NCBI GenBank assembly: GCA_965202805.1
Contig: OZ241869.1
Location: 1,664,001-1,728,000 of the forward strand
DNA from: Longimicrobiales bacterium
GTDB lineage: Bacteria > Gemmatimonadota > Gemmatimonadetes > Longimicrobiales > Gaopeijiaceae
Length of the DNA stretch: 64,000 bases
Direction: 5' to 3'
In this document: positions 10,239-20,346 of the stretch, piece by piece
Layout: each line of letters begins with the position of its first letter
Numbering within the stretch: the first letter of the stretch is position 1
The notes under the pieces: generated by a model
Told to the model about the DNA's origin: nothing
What the model saw: the letters and a program-made list of their open reading frames with translations, nothing else
Database searches by the model: none
Program-made: the position numbers and the translations under genes

Positions 10239-11249
10239 CTAGTTCCAGGACCGGCCCCGCATCCCCTCCACATCCAGGTTGCCGCCACTCAGCACACAGA
10301 CGGTACGGGTTCCCGAAGGCGCATCGACCAGCCCCTGGAGCAAAGCTCCGACCGGAGCGGCGGCGGCGCCCTCGACCACGACCTTGGCGCGGGTCATCAG
10401 CCACAGCATCGCGTCGAAGATCTGTGCGTCGGGCAGCGTCACGATCTCGTCGACGAAGCGCGACACCACCGAGCAAGTGTGGCTTCCGACCTTCTTGACG
10501 CGAAGTCCGTCGATGATGCAGTCGACCTCGTCCAGGACGATGCTCGCGCCCGCCTCGACGCTGCGCTTCATCCCCGGCGCTCCGGAAGACTCCACGCCGA
10601 CGATGCGGACCTCTGGATTGACGGACTTGGCCGCCATCGAGACGCCCGAGATGAGGCCGCCGCCGCCGATGGGCACGATCAGGAGTTCGGTTTCCGGGAA
10701 CTGATCCATGATCTCGAGGCCGAGGGTTCCCTGCCCTGCGATCAGCTCCGGGTCATCGAACGGGTGGATGTAGGTAAGCCCCTCGGATTCCACGAGTTCG
10801 AGCGCCTTCTCGTTGGCCTCGTCCCAGATGCTGCCGTGGAGGACGACGCGGGCCCCGTAGCCTTCGGTGGCCGCGATCTTGGAGCGGGTGGCGTTCTCGG
10901 CCATGACCACCACCGCGCGCACGCCGTACTGGCGCGCCGCGAGGGCCACGCCCTGGGAGTGGTTCCCCGCCGAGGAACAGATGACGCCGCGGGCGCGCTC
11001 CTCCTCGCTCAGCCTCGCGATCTTGTTCAGCGGCCCGCGCAGCTTGTAGGAGCCGCCGCGCTGGAAGAGCTCGGCCTTCAGGCGCACGTCGAATCCGGAC
11101 GCCTCGCTGAGCGACCGGTTCGTGAGCATGGGCGTGCGGTGGATGTAGGGAGCCACGTTCCTGTACGCGGCTTCGAAGTCGGCCCGGGCGAGCGTCAGCC
11201 CGGTACCGTTGACGGCACGCCCGTTCGCCGCGGTGTCCCCCTCCTTCAT
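10239..11249 (-). CDS. PLP-dependent threonine/serine dehydratase
   Basis: LKAELFQRGGSYKLRG, SAGNHSQG, PIGGGGLISG, LSGGN. Confidence 0.93.
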   Translation of the reverse strand: MKEGDTAANGRAVNGTGLTLARADFEAAYRNVAPYIHRTPMLTNRSLSEASGFDVRLKAELFQRGGSYKLRGPLNKIARLSEEERARGVICSSAGNHSQGVALAARQYGVRAVVVMAENATRSKIAATEGYGARVVLHGSIWDEANEKALELVESEGLTYIHPFDDPELIAGQGTLGLEIMDQFPETELLIVPIGGGGLISGVSMAAKSVNPEVRIVGVESSGAPGMKRSVEAGASIVLDEVDCIIDGLRVKKVGSHTCSVVSRFVDEIVTLPDAQIFDAMLWLMTRAKVVVEGAAAAPVGALLQGLVDAPSGTRTVCVLSGGNLDVEGMRGRSWN

Positions 11250-11399
11250 GTTCCCGCCCGGCCGGGGAGGATGCCGGTACCGCTGAAAAGCGCATGATGC
11301 ATGGAACGACTCCGGCGTGTTGAGCCAGTGCTCGGTGGGCGGGACGGAAAGACCGCGGGGCGATGCGACATTGGCGTTGGGCCGTCCACAATAGGCAGG

Positions 11400-12335
11400 T
11401 CACCCGGCCAGCGCCAGCATCCCGATGCCCGCGAAGACGAGCACGGCTCCGACGGTGCGAATGCGCCCGAACCGCTCTCCCAGAAGGAGCCAGCCCGCCA
11501 GGGCCCCGAAGACGATGCCCACCTCGCGGGCGGCTCCGGCGTAGCTGATGGGAGCGATCTGGAAAGCCCGAAGAACAAGCGCGTAGGCCACGAGGGTCAT
11601 GACGGCGATCATCGCGATGGGACGGAAGTGCGTGCGCAGGACCCGAAACGCCCGCTTTCCGCCCCGGGTCGCCAGCATGCCCACGAACGCCAGTCCGGAA
11701 AGCCCGAACACGAGCACCAGGTAGGGCATCGGCTCCCATTGCCGAACCGCCGCGCCATCCAGCGTCGAGTACACGGAGATGAAGAACGCGACCAGGAAGG
11801 CGGATCCCGAGCCCCGCGTGTGGGCGCGCAGTTGGCGCCAGCGATGCCCGGCGGGCGCTCGGATGGAGGAATCGGTACCTGGGCGAACGTCTTCTGCCGC
11901 TCCCGCCGTCGCCCCGGCGACGCGCGACCAGAGGGGCGCCCCGCCGAGCACGACGAGCCCGCAGAGGATCGTCGCGATCCCGACCACGCCGCCCGGCGAT
12001 GGCCGCTCGCCCAGGAAGAGCACCGCCCACAGCGCGAGCATCGCGGGGGCCGTCCCGCGCGCGACCGGGTAGACCAGCGAGAAGTCGCCGTCTCCGTACG
12101 CCCGCGCCAGGCACCCGTAGTACGCCACGTACACGACCGCGCTCGCGCCCACGAAGGGCCATACCCCCGCGGGAGGCGGCCACGCCGGCACCAGGGTCGG
12201 GATGAAGACGACCGCGCCGAGCAGCATCGCCCACGCCGCAACCAGAACCCGCTCGCTGGAGCGCTTGAGGATCAGGTTCCAGGAGGCGTGCAGGAGTCCT
12301 GCCGCCAGGACGAGGGCAAGGGCGGTTGGAGGCAT
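11400..12335 (-). CDS. DMT/EamA family transporter
   Basis: LHASWN, GDFSLVYPVARG, AAREVGIVFG. Confidence 0.9.
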   Translation of the reverse strand: MPPTALALVLAAGLLHASWNLILKRSSERVLVAAWAMLLGAVVFIPTLVPAWPPPAGVWPFVGASAVVYVAYYGCLARAYGDGDFSLVYPVARGTAPAMLALWAVLFLGERPSPGGVVGIATILCGLVVLGGAPLWSRVAGATAGAAEDVRPGTDSSIRAPAGHRWRQLRAHTRGSGSAFLVAFFISVYSTLDGAAVRQWEPMPYLVLVFGLSGLAFVGMLATRGGKRAFRVLRTHFRPIAMIAVMTLVAYALVLRAFQIAPISYAGAAREVGIVFGALAGWLLLGERFGRIRTVGAVLVFAGIGMLALAG

Positions 12336-12373
12336 GCCGTCGGCTCAGCCCGGATTCCTCCCGGCGGGCGGCT

Positions 12374-13915
12374 CTATTGCGTCGCGGGCGCAGGCCGACC
12401 GGAGGTCCGCAGGATGAAGTCGTCCAGGGTCTCCTTCCACTGCTGCAGCAGCGACTGCTCCACGTACATCATGTGGCCCGCGGCAAAGTCGGCGCGCTCG
12501 ATGTTGGCCCGCAGCTCCGGCGGCAGCCCCATGCGGTCCATGGTCCAGACGGCGGCGAAGTAGGGGGTCGCGAGATCGTAGATGCCGTTGATGAGGAGGA
12601 CCTTGAGGCTGGGATTGCGCTTCATGGCGGTGGCCAGATCGGGCGCGACGTTGGGCGTGCCTCCGCCCCGGACGAAGGAACCGCCGCCGCCCAGCCGTCC
12701 CCAATTCCAATTTCGCGTCCCGCCGCTGGGCACGTATTCGCGCTCGCCATCGTAGCCGAGCTCATCCCGCAGATAGCTGTTGAAGGCCGACGTGTACGCG
12801 GAGCTGATCGCGGTGGATTGCGGGTCGTGGGAGGGACGCACGCCGAGCGCGTCGCCGGCCGGGCCGGTGAATCGTGCATCCAGCCGCCCCACGATGCGGC
12901 CCTGGTCGCGCAGCAGTTCCGCCTCGTATGCGGGCGCGGTCACGCGCAGATCGGACTTGTCGATGAAGTCGCGGCTCAGGCCCGTGTAGCGGTGCATCCG
13001 GTCGATGACGCGGGCGCGGCGGGTCTCGTCCAGGGTCCCGCCCGCCAGCAGCGCGGTGGCGTACTCGGTGAGCGCCCATTCCTCCACCTCGGACATGAAG
13101 GCCTCCAGGTCGGGCGGAGTCTCGCCGGGAAGGGCGTCCAGATAGCGGGATGTGATGGCATAGGACGGGAGGTTGACGATGTAGGGCAGGTCATCGCCGG
13201 GAGCGAACTGGATGGTGTTGAACTGGAGCACCGAGGAGACCAGCATGATCCCGTTCAGATCGATGTTGGCGCGCTGCAGATGCCCCGCGAGCACGGCCGA
13301 GCGCGTGGTCCCGTAACTCTCGCCGAGGAGATAGCGGGGCGAGTTCCAGCGCTCATACTCGCTCAGGAAGCGGCGGACGAACTGCGCCAGCGAGCGCGCA
13401 TCCTCGTCGATGCCCCAGTAGTAGGACCCGGGCGTGTCGCCCAGCATGTGGCTGAACCCGGTCCCGATCGGATCGACCATGACGATGTCGGCGATGTCCA
13501 GGATCGTGTAGGCGTTGTCCTCCAGCGGATAGGGCGGCGCCCCCTGCGGGCCCACCTCGGGCGTGACCACGCGGCGCGGTCCCATGATCCCCATGTGCAG
13601 CCAGAAGGACGCCGACCCCGGTCCACCGTTGTAGGCGAAGACCAGGGGCCGTTCGCCTGACGGCGCGCCGTTGCGGCGGAAGTAGGCGGTGTAGAAAAGC
13701 TCGGCGGACGGTTCTCCGCTGTCGTCGGTCAGGGTCGTGCTCCCCACGACGGCGTCGTACTGAACCGTCTCGCCTCCGACCACGATCGAATGGCCGGTCT
13801 CCCAGCGGGAGGGCTCGGGACCAGGGCCGGAACTCTCGTTCTCCTGGGCCGCAGCCGACGGCGCGAGGAGCAGAATAAGGCACAGCGGCCACGCCAACAC
13901 GAATGGGTTTCTCAT
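12374..13915 (-). CDS. Secreted peptidase S10 (serine carboxypeptidase)
   Basis: Signal peptide from MRNPFVL; YNGGPGSAS, GESYG, DLATP, GHMMY. Confidence 0.92.
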   Translation of the reverse strand: MRNPFVLAWPLCLILLLAPSAAAQENESSGPGPEPSRWETGHSIVVGGETVQYDAVVGSTTLTDDSGEPSAELFYTAYFRRNGAPSGERPLVFAYNGGPGSASFWLHMGIMGPRRVVTPEVGPQGAPPYPLEDNAYTILDIADIVMVDPIGTGFSHMLGDTPGSYYWGIDEDARSLAQFVRRFLSEYERWNSPRYLLGESYGTTRSAVLAGHLQRANIDLNGIMLVSSVLQFNTIQFAPGDDLPYIVNLPSYAITSRYLDALPGETPPDLEAFMSEVEEWALTEYATALLAGGTLDETRRARVIDRMHRYTGLSRDFIDKSDLRVTAPAYEAELLRDQGRIVGRLDARFTGPAGDALGVRPSHDPQSTAISSAYTSAFNSYLRDELGYDGEREYVPSGGTRNWNWGRLGGGGSFVRGGGTPNVAPDLATAMKRNPSLKVLLINGIYDLATPYFAAVWTMDRMGLPPELRANIERADFAAGHMMYVEQSLLQQWKETLDDFILRTSGRPAPATQ

Positions 13916-14065
13916 GATGCCTCTCGTCAGGGGTGTCAGGGCTCGAGGGTGTGTCCTCTCGGGACTGGCTTTCCGTCTAATCTGCGGGGTGCGACGGGCT
14001 TGCCAAGTGCACGGTGATACCGTACACTCGTCGATGACAAGCGGCAGAGATCGCGCGGAGAGCAA

Positions 14066-14212
14066 TTGACGGACGATGATCGCACGATGATGGTCAGGTA
14101 CAGGGAGTGGGCACGTCAGCCCAAGGTGATCGTTACGGTGATCGCCGTCATGAGTATGTTGTTCATAGGCTACGGCTACATCGATAGCCTGGATTTGGAG
14201 GACTACCACTAA
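14066..14212 (+). CDS. Short ORF (48 aa) with one hydrophobic segment ending in a HigB-like DLEDYH tail
   Basis: Own translation LTDDDRTMMVRYREWARQPKVIVTVIAVMSMLFIGYGYIDSLDLEDYH*; TAATG overlap with higA. Confidence 0.5.
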   Translation: MTDDDRTMMVRYREWARQPKVIVTVIAVMSMLFIGYGYIDSLDLEDYH

Positions 14213-14517
14213 TGGACTTCAAGGGCGTACGCGTAAACATGACTCCGTCCCATCCGGGCGACTTTATTCGCACAGAAGTCATCGAGGACCTGGGGCTGAG
14301 CGTCACTCGGGCAGCTCAGATCCTCGGGGTACGGAGAGCGACGCTCTCTGACTTGCTCAACGGTCACGCATCGCTATCGCCCGAGATGGCGCTGCGCATC
14401 GAGAAGGCCTTTCAGGTGAGCATGGATTTGCTGCTCAGGATGCAAGCCTGGTACGATGCCGCCCGAATGCGCGCCCGGGAAGACGAGATCAACGTTCAGC
14501 GCTACGAGCCGGTCTGA
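14212..14517 (+). CDS. higA: HigA-family antitoxin
   Basis: PSHPGDFIR, HTH, LSPEMALRI, LLRMQAWYD. Confidence 0.92.
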   Translation: MDFKGVRVNMTPSHPGDFIRTEVIEDLGLSVTRAAQILGVRRATLSDLLNGHASLSPEMALRIEKAFQVSMDLLLRMQAWYDAARMRAREDEINVQRYEPV

Positions 14518-14566
14518 GGGAAACTTCAGCCGCGCCTTCCTGGCCGAGATTGTTGCTTCTCAGATA

Positions 14567-16006
14567 CTATGAACTATGCCGGTCAGATGTGCGGAATATC
14601 GTTTCCTCGAGAAACGGGTTGCGAAACACGCCCCCTGGGTCCAATCCCTCGCAAGCCGCTCTGAATTCCCGGATACCGGGATAACTGCGCTCGACCTCTC
14701 CCGAATTCAGCGGGAACCACTTCCCCCAGTGTAGGCGGGCATTGAAGAGGGGCGCCATGGTGGTTGCGAAGAAACGGGCGACGTTCAGGAAGGGCAGCCG
14801 TGGCTCGGTGAAGGTGATGAGGCTGATCGCATACCAGTCCTGCTCCTCCATACTGTGGCAGGATGCCATCGAAATCAGCGTATCGTCGGGACGGACCCGC
14901 CGGACGCAGATGGGATAGTGGTGACTGTAGGAACCCCGCACCCTCTCGAAGGAATCCCGCATTCCCAAGGCCCGGATCCGGTCGTCTACGCCAGCCGATA
15001 CCTCGTAATCGGCGCTGTCGGCCGCGCGCAGAACTTCCGACACGAAGTCGAGCGCCGACCTGAACTCCGCCCGCGGCACGAAGACCTCCATCTCCAGATG
15101 ACGGAAGAGGTCGTGGCGCATGAGGAGCTGACGGTCGCTGCGGTCGGTGACGCGCCATTTCGGGAAGATGCAGGCGGGGAGAAGACGCCGATAGAGGACG
15201 GCCACCAGGCGCCGGCTCCGCAGCAGGGAGGCGGTGAGCTTGATTCCGAGATGAAGCAGGACGTCGATGACGACCAGCCAGTACGCCCGGTAGAGCATCG
15301 CGACGCCCGACCGGCAGCTGTCATCCGCTACGCTCCGCTCGTGCTCCAGATACGCCCATGTGTGCGGGACGAGATAGAACTGCTGCAGGGGCGCGGCCGA
15401 CTCGTTGTCCAGGACCGCGTCCAGATCGGGGCGCCAGACGCATCGCTCACGAACGTAGTATTGCGGCACGCACTTGAGCGTGACCTCAAGGACTACCCCG
15501 AGGGCCCCGACGGAGCATCGCGCCGCCCGCAGGGCCTGGCCGGAATCGACCCTGCGCACTTCCGCCCCCCCTTCCTTCCCGTAACAGGCGATGCGCATGG
15601 ATTCCACGTAATGGGACATAGAGTGCCGTCCCGATCCGTGCGTACCCGTGGCGACCGCGCCTGCCACGGTCTGGCGGGCGATCAGGCCGAGGGACGGGAG
15701 GGTGAGGCCGCGGCGCGCGAGATGCGCCAGGAGCTCGGCGATGCGGCATCCTCCGCCCACGGAGACCCGGCGGCGGTCGGGGTGAATCCGGATTCGCCGA
15801 AAGTGGCGCAGGTCCAGGAGCGCATCGGAGGTCTCGATGCCGCCGTTCCAGGAATGGCCCGCGCCGATGACACGCACCATCCCGGTCCGGTGCTCGTCCA
15901 GGATGCGCAACACATCACTCTCGTCCCTGGGCAAGTGCCGCCTGCGCGGCTCGAAACAAATGTTCCTACCGAAGTTCCATACGTGTGACGCGCCTCTCGG
16001 CCGCAC
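14567..16006 (-). CDS. FAD-binding oxidoreductase, aldonolactone oxidase family
   Basis: VIGAGHSW, VAGAVATGTHGSG, RLHWGK, LDPGGVFRN. Confidence 0.88.
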   Translation of the reverse strand: MRPRGASHVWNFGRNICFEPRRRHLPRDESDVLRILDEHRTGMVRVIGAGHSWNGGIETSDALLDLRHFRRIRIHPDRRRVSVGGGCRIAELLAHLARRGLTLPSLGLIARQTVAGAVATGTHGSGRHSMSHYVESMRIACYGKEGGAEVRRVDSGQALRAARCSVGALGVVLEVTLKCVPQYYVRERCVWRPDLDAVLDNESAAPLQQFYLVPHTWAYLEHERSVADDSCRSGVAMLYRAYWLVVIDVLLHLGIKLTASLLRSRRLVAVLYRRLLPACIFPKWRVTDRSDRQLLMRHDLFRHLEMEVFVPRAEFRSALDFVSEVLRAADSADYEVSAGVDDRIRALGMRDSFERVRGSYSHHYPICVRRVRPDDTLISMASCHSMEEQDWYAISLITFTEPRLPFLNVARFFATTMAPLFNARLHWGKWFPLNSGEVERSYPGIREFRAACEGLDPGGVFRNPFLEETIFRTSDRHSS

Positions 16007-16008
16007 GG

Positions 16009-16806
16009 CTACGACCGCCCGGGCCTTCTCGGCAGCGATGACAGGAGCGCTCGCGTATACGGGTGTTCCGGTTCGCGGAAGAGCGCGTCCGTCATCGCCA
16101 TCTCGACGATCTTTCCTTCATTCATGACCGCAACCCGATCGCACAGGTGCTTGACCATCCTCAGATCGTGCGAGATGAAGATATAGGTCAGCCCGAACTC
16201 TTCCTGAATATCGGCGAGAAGGTTGACGATCTGCGCCTGGATGGAGATGTCGAGCGACGAAATGGGCTCGTCGCAAACGATCAGATCCGGCTTCAGGGCG
16301 AGGGCGCGCGCGATGCCGACGCGCTGGCGCTGACCGCCCGAGAACTCGTGCGGCAGGCGTCGGGCGAGCTTCGGATCCAGCCCGACGATGCTCATGAGTT
16401 CCGCCACCCGTTCCTGTCGCGGCCCCCGGCTCAAGCTCGTGTGCTCAAGCAGGGGCTCGGCGATGGAGCGGCCGACGCTCAGGCGAGGATTCAGCGACGA
16501 ATGGGTGTCCTGGAAGATCATCTGCATGCGCGGACGGAGTGCGCGCAGTTCCGTCGAGGATGCAGCCGTGAGATCGACGCCGTCGAAAACGATGCGCCCC
16601 GACGTGGGCTCGGTTAGCCGGAGGATGCTGCGGGCGACGGTGGTCTTGCCGCAGCCGCTCTCCCCCACCAGGCCGAGCGTCTCGCCGCGATGCAGCCGGA
16701 AGCTGACGCCGTCGACCGCGCGCACCGACCCGGTCTGACGCTGCATCATTCCACGACGCACGGGAAAGTGCTTCTTCAGGCCGATGACCTGGAGGAGGGG
16801 AGTCAT
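16009..16806 (-). CDS. Peptide ABC transporter ATPase (OppF/DppF-like)
   Basis: [20 protein letters not shown]; start MTPLLQV. Confidence 0.92.
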   Translation of the reverse strand: MTPLLQVIGLKKHFPVRRGMMQRQTGSVRAVDGVSFRLHRGETLGLVGESGCGKTTVARSILRLTEPTSGRIVFDGVDLTAASSTELRALRPRMQMIFQDTHSSLNPRLSVGRSIAEPLLEHTSLSRGPRQERVAELMSIVGLDPKLARRLPHEFSGGQRQRVGIARALALKPDLIVCDEPISSLDISIQAQIVNLLADIQEEFGLTYIFISHDLRMVKHLCDRVAVMNEGKIVEMAMTDALFREPEHPYTRALLSSLPRRPGRS

Positions 16807-17864
16807 CTGGCCCACCAACAGGCAGCGCGCGCCCCCTTCCCTGCCGATAACGCCGTTTGTGCGCCCGAACGCGTCCGCGGCTCGCCCGAAGGTGCCCTCT
16901 TCCCTGCCGGCAGCAGTGGAGGTCTCTCCCGACGGCAGCGGTCGAAGACGTGCGGACACCGCTCCGCGAACGCGCACCCCTTGGGAAGCCGCGTCATGTC
17001 CGGTGGCTGACCCGGAATCGCAGTCAGGCGCCCCCGGCCGCCGGCGCCGAGCGCGGGCAGGGAGGCCAGCAGGCCCTGGGTGTAGGGATGAGCCGGCGCG
17101 TCGAACAGGCGGCGGGCCCCGGCCGTCTCGACGATGGACCCTCCGTACATCACCGCGACCCGGTCGGCCAGGTTTGCCACCACGCTCAAGTCGTGGGTGA
17201 TCCAGATCATCGCCATCTCGCGCGTCGCCCGCAGCTCGGAGACCAGGTCCAGGATCTGCGCCTGGATGGTGGCGTCCAGCGCGGTGGTCGGTTCGTCGGC
17301 GATGAGGAGGCTGGGCTCGCACGCCAGCGCGATGGCGATCATGACCCGCTGGCACATGCCGCCCGAGAACTGATGCGGATAGTCGTCGAATCGGGAGGCC
17401 GGCCGCGGGATGCCTACCGACCCGAGCAGTGCGATCGCGCGGTCGCGGGCGGCGCGCCGGCCCAGTCGGAGGTGCACCTCCAGACTCTCGGTCAGCTGCC
17501 GGCCGATGGTGAGCACGGGATTGAGGGATGCGCGCGGATCCTGAAAGATCATCCCGATCTCGGGTCCGCGCACACGTCTCATTTCTTCATCGTCGAGCCC
17601 CAGCAGGTCCCGGCCCTTGAAGCTCACCTCGTCGGCCCGGACGCGGGTGCGGTGTGGCGGAAGCAGGCGCAGCACGGAGAGCATGGTGGCGGTCTTGCCG
17701 CACCCGCTCTCGCCCACCAGGGCAAGGGTCTCGCCCCGGCGGACGGAGAAGCTCACGCCGTTGACCGCGTGCACGAGGCCCTGGTCGGAGAGGAACTGCG
17801 TGTGCAGGCCATGGACTCTGAGCAGATCGCCGCGTGATGGGTCCTCCGAGCGGTCGGGAATCAC
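16803..17864 (-). CDS. Peptide ABC transporter ATPase (OppD/DppD-like)
   Basis: [34 protein letters not shown]-terminal Cys cluster. Confidence 0.93.
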   Translation of the reverse strand: MIPDRSEDPSRGDLLRVHGLHTQFLSDQGLVHAVNGVSFSVRRGETLALVGESGCGKTATMLSVLRLLPPHRTRVRADEVSFKGRDLLGLDDEEMRRVRGPEIGMIFQDPRASLNPVLTIGRQLTESLEVHLRLGRRAARDRAIALLGSVGIPRPASRFDDYPHQFSGGMCQRVMIAIALACEPSLLIADEPTTALDATIQAQILDLVSELRATREMAMIWITHDLSVVANLADRVAVMYGGSIVETAGARRLFDAPAHPYTQGLLASLPALGAGGRGRLTAIPGQPPDMTRLPKGCAFAERCPHVFDRCRRERPPLLPAGKRAPSGEPRTRSGAQTALSAGKGARAACWWAR

Positions 17865-19075
17865 AGGTGACCTGCAGCCGCATCGGAGTGCCCGACCTCT
17901 TCGGCGATCTGTCGCCGGGGAGAGCCCGGATTGGCATCAGAGCGCCCCTCGCCCGTGTGGGTGTCGACGGCCGGCGCGGACACGCGGTACCGCTCCTCCA
18001 CCTCGCGCAACGCGACCCATTCCCCGCTCTCCATCGACGCGATGCAGGCGTGAACCACGAGCAGCGTCTTCAGATGATCGCGGGCGGTGGTCACGGGCTC
18101 GGCTTCGCCGCGAACGGCGCACAGGAACTCGGCCAGCAGCCCGCGCGTGTCGTCGATGAACGCCTCGCACGGTGTGAGCGTCTCCGGGACCGGCGTCTCC
18201 GCTTCCGCGTCTCCCTTGAAGTTGCTGCCGCGGAGTCCCAGGCCGCGATCGAAATCGACGCGCACCAGATCCTCGAACTGCTCGCGCTGAATCAGTGCCC
18301 CGCCTTCGAATTCGGTGCGCCAGCGGAAGTCCATGCGATTCCAGGCCGCAGTCCAGGTTCCCAGATAGTTCGCGCGAACTCCGTTCTCGAAGCGGAAGAG
18401 CACGGAGACGCAGCAGTCGTCCTCATAGGTGCTCCACGATGGCCGCCAGGTATCGCACACCAGCGAATCGACCTCCGCGTCGTAGCAGTAGCGCAGCAGG
18501 TCGAAGTGATGGATGCTCTGCTCCAGCAGCATCGGATGAGGCATCGTCATCACGTAGTCGTTCAGGTCGTGGCGGTTGCCGTCCCGCTGCCGATGGTAGG
18601 TGAAGTGGCCGTAGCTGAGGGGGCCGAGTTCGTCGCTCCGGGCATAGTGTCGAATCCGCTGTGACGTCGGGAGATAGCGGAAATTCATCCCGACCAGGAG
18701 ATGGCGTCCCGCGTCGTCGGCCCTGGCGATGAGGTCCAGAACTTCGTCCATCTCGTCGGAAAGCGGCTTTTCGCAGAGGACGTCGAGGCCTCGGTCGAAT
18801 GCCTGGCTCACCAGGGAATGATGGCTGTCCGGCGGGGTGGCGATGACCACGGCGTCGGCGGCGACGTGGGCGAGGGCCGAGGCGAACTCGCGTTCAACCG
18901 GGGCGTCCGGTGCGTGCCCGTCCCGGGCTTGTCGCGCACGTCCCTCGTCAAGATCCACGATGCCGGCCAGCATCGCGTCCGGGGCCTCGGCGATGACGCG
19001 CGCCCATTTGGCGCCGCGGACGCCCGCTCCTGCGAGGAGGATGCGCGCTTTGTCGCTGCCCGTTCGACCGTTCAT
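17861..19075 (-). CDS. Gfo/Idh/MocA oxidoreductase
   Basis: GAGVRG, VLCEKPL, IHHFDLLR. Confidence 0.9.
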   Translation of the reverse strand: MNGRTGSDKARILLAGAGVRGAKWARVIAEAPDAMLAGIVDLDEGRARQARDGHAPDAPVEREFASALAHVAADAVVIATPPDSHHSLVSQAFDRGLDVLCEKPLSDEMDEVLDLIARADDAGRHLLVGMNFRYLPTSQRIRHYARSDELGPLSYGHFTYHRQRDGNRHDLNDYVMTMPHPMLLEQSIHHFDLLRYCYDAEVDSLVCDTWRPSWSTYEDDCCVSVLFRFENGVRANYLGTWTAAWNRMDFRWRTEFEGGALIQREQFEDLVRVDFDRGLGLRGSNFKGDAEAETPVPETLTPCEAFIDDTRGLLAEFLCAVRGEAEPVTTARDHLKTLLVVHACIASMESGEWVALREVEERYRVSAPAVDTHTGEGRSDANPGSPRRQIAEEVGHSDAAAGHL

Positions 19076-19124
19076 GGCGCCCCATCTCGCAGGTAGCAGC
19101 TCTGCTGCTGGAGCGGGCCCGACT

Positions 19125-20306
19125 TCACGACTGTCGCGTCCTTTCGACGAAATGCCTCATCCGCCCGAGGGCTTCTTCCATGGAGGCATAGGGAGACAGC
19201 AGCGTGATGCGGATGTGCCGGTTGGCGGGATCGGCGAACATGGTTCCGGGGAAGACCATCACCCTCTCCTGTCGCAAAAACTCGAGGCAGAAGGTCTCGG
19301 CGTCGAGGCCCGTACTTGAGAGGTTGGCGTATACGTACATGCCGCCGCCCGGTCGACCGTACGAAATCCCCATCTCGTCCAGGCTCCGAAGCACGAGATC
19401 GAGCCTCCGCTCGTATTCGGCCAGCATCGCGGCGACCGCCTCATCCCCGCCTTCCAGGGCTGCCAACGCACCCCGTTGAAGAGCCGGGGGCGTGCAGATG
19501 CTCAGGGTGTGCTTGATCTCGACGGCGGGTTCCATGAACCACGCGGGCGCGGCCAGGTAGCCGACGCGCCACCCGGTCATGGCGTACGCCTTGGAGAAGC
19601 CGTTCACGGTGACGGTGCGGTCGAGAAGGTCGCCGAGGGTGCCCAGGCTGACATGCTCCCGCCCGCCGAAGATCAGCTTCTCATAGATCTCGTCGGAGAT
19701 GACGAGGAGGTCGTGCTCTTCGGCCAGTTCCGCGATGCGCGCCAACTCCTCGCGTGGCGTGAGGCCACCGGTGGGATTGTTCGGGTTCGCGATCACGAGG
19801 AGCTTCGAGCGCTCGGTAAGGGCGGCGCGGATGGCGTCTGCCCTGAGCGCGAAGTCGTCCTCCTCCAGGGTCGGCACCTCGACCACCCGACCGCCCGCCA
19901 GGTTGACCATGTAGTCGAAGGCGTTGAAGCGCGGCGTCTGGAGCACCACTTCGTCGCCGGGATCGACCAGCGCCAGGATGGAGATGAGGAGCGCTTCCTG
20001 GACGCCGTTGGTGACGATGATCTGGTTGGCCGGATAGTCGAGGCCATTGTCGCGTTTGAGTTTCCCGGAGATGGCGTCGCGCACCTCGGGGAGACCCGGC
20101 GGGGCCGTGTAGTGAGTGTAGCCGCCCGCCAGGGCTTCAGCGCCCGCAGCCACGATGTCGGGTGGCGTGTCGAAGTCGGGGTCGCCCCGGCCGAGCGCGA
20201 TGATGCCGTCGAGACCAGCGGACAGCTCGAGCATGCGCGTGCGGAAGCTGGACTTCACGCTGACGGCGCGGGCGGCCAGATGGGATTCGCGGACAGCCCG
20301 GGTCAT
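19125..20306 (-). CDS. PLP aminotransferase class I/II
   Basis: GDPDFDTP, NPNNPTG, DEIY, SKAYAMTGWRVG. Confidence 0.93.
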   Translation of the reverse strand: MTRAVRESHLAARAVSVKSSFRTRMLELSAGLDGIIALGRGDPDFDTPPDIVAAGAEALAGGYTHYTAPPGLPEVRDAISGKLKRDNGLDYPANQIIVTNGVQEALLISILALVDPGDEVVLQTPRFNAFDYMVNLAGGRVVEVPTLEEDDFALRADAIRAALTERSKLLVIANPNNPTGGLTPREELARIAELAEEHDLLVISDEIYEKLIFGGREHVSLGTLGDLLDRTVTVNGFSKAYAMTGWRVGYLAAPAWFMEPAVEIKHTLSICTPPALQRGALAALEGGDEAVAAMLAEYERRLDLVLRSLDEMGISYGRPGGGMYVYANLSSTGLDAETFCLEFLRQERVMVFPGTMFADPANRHIRITLLSPYASMEEALGRMRHFVERTRQS

Positions 20307-20346
20307 CGGAGTCGCGCCGGGCGTCGGTGTGTGGAGCAAACGTGCA

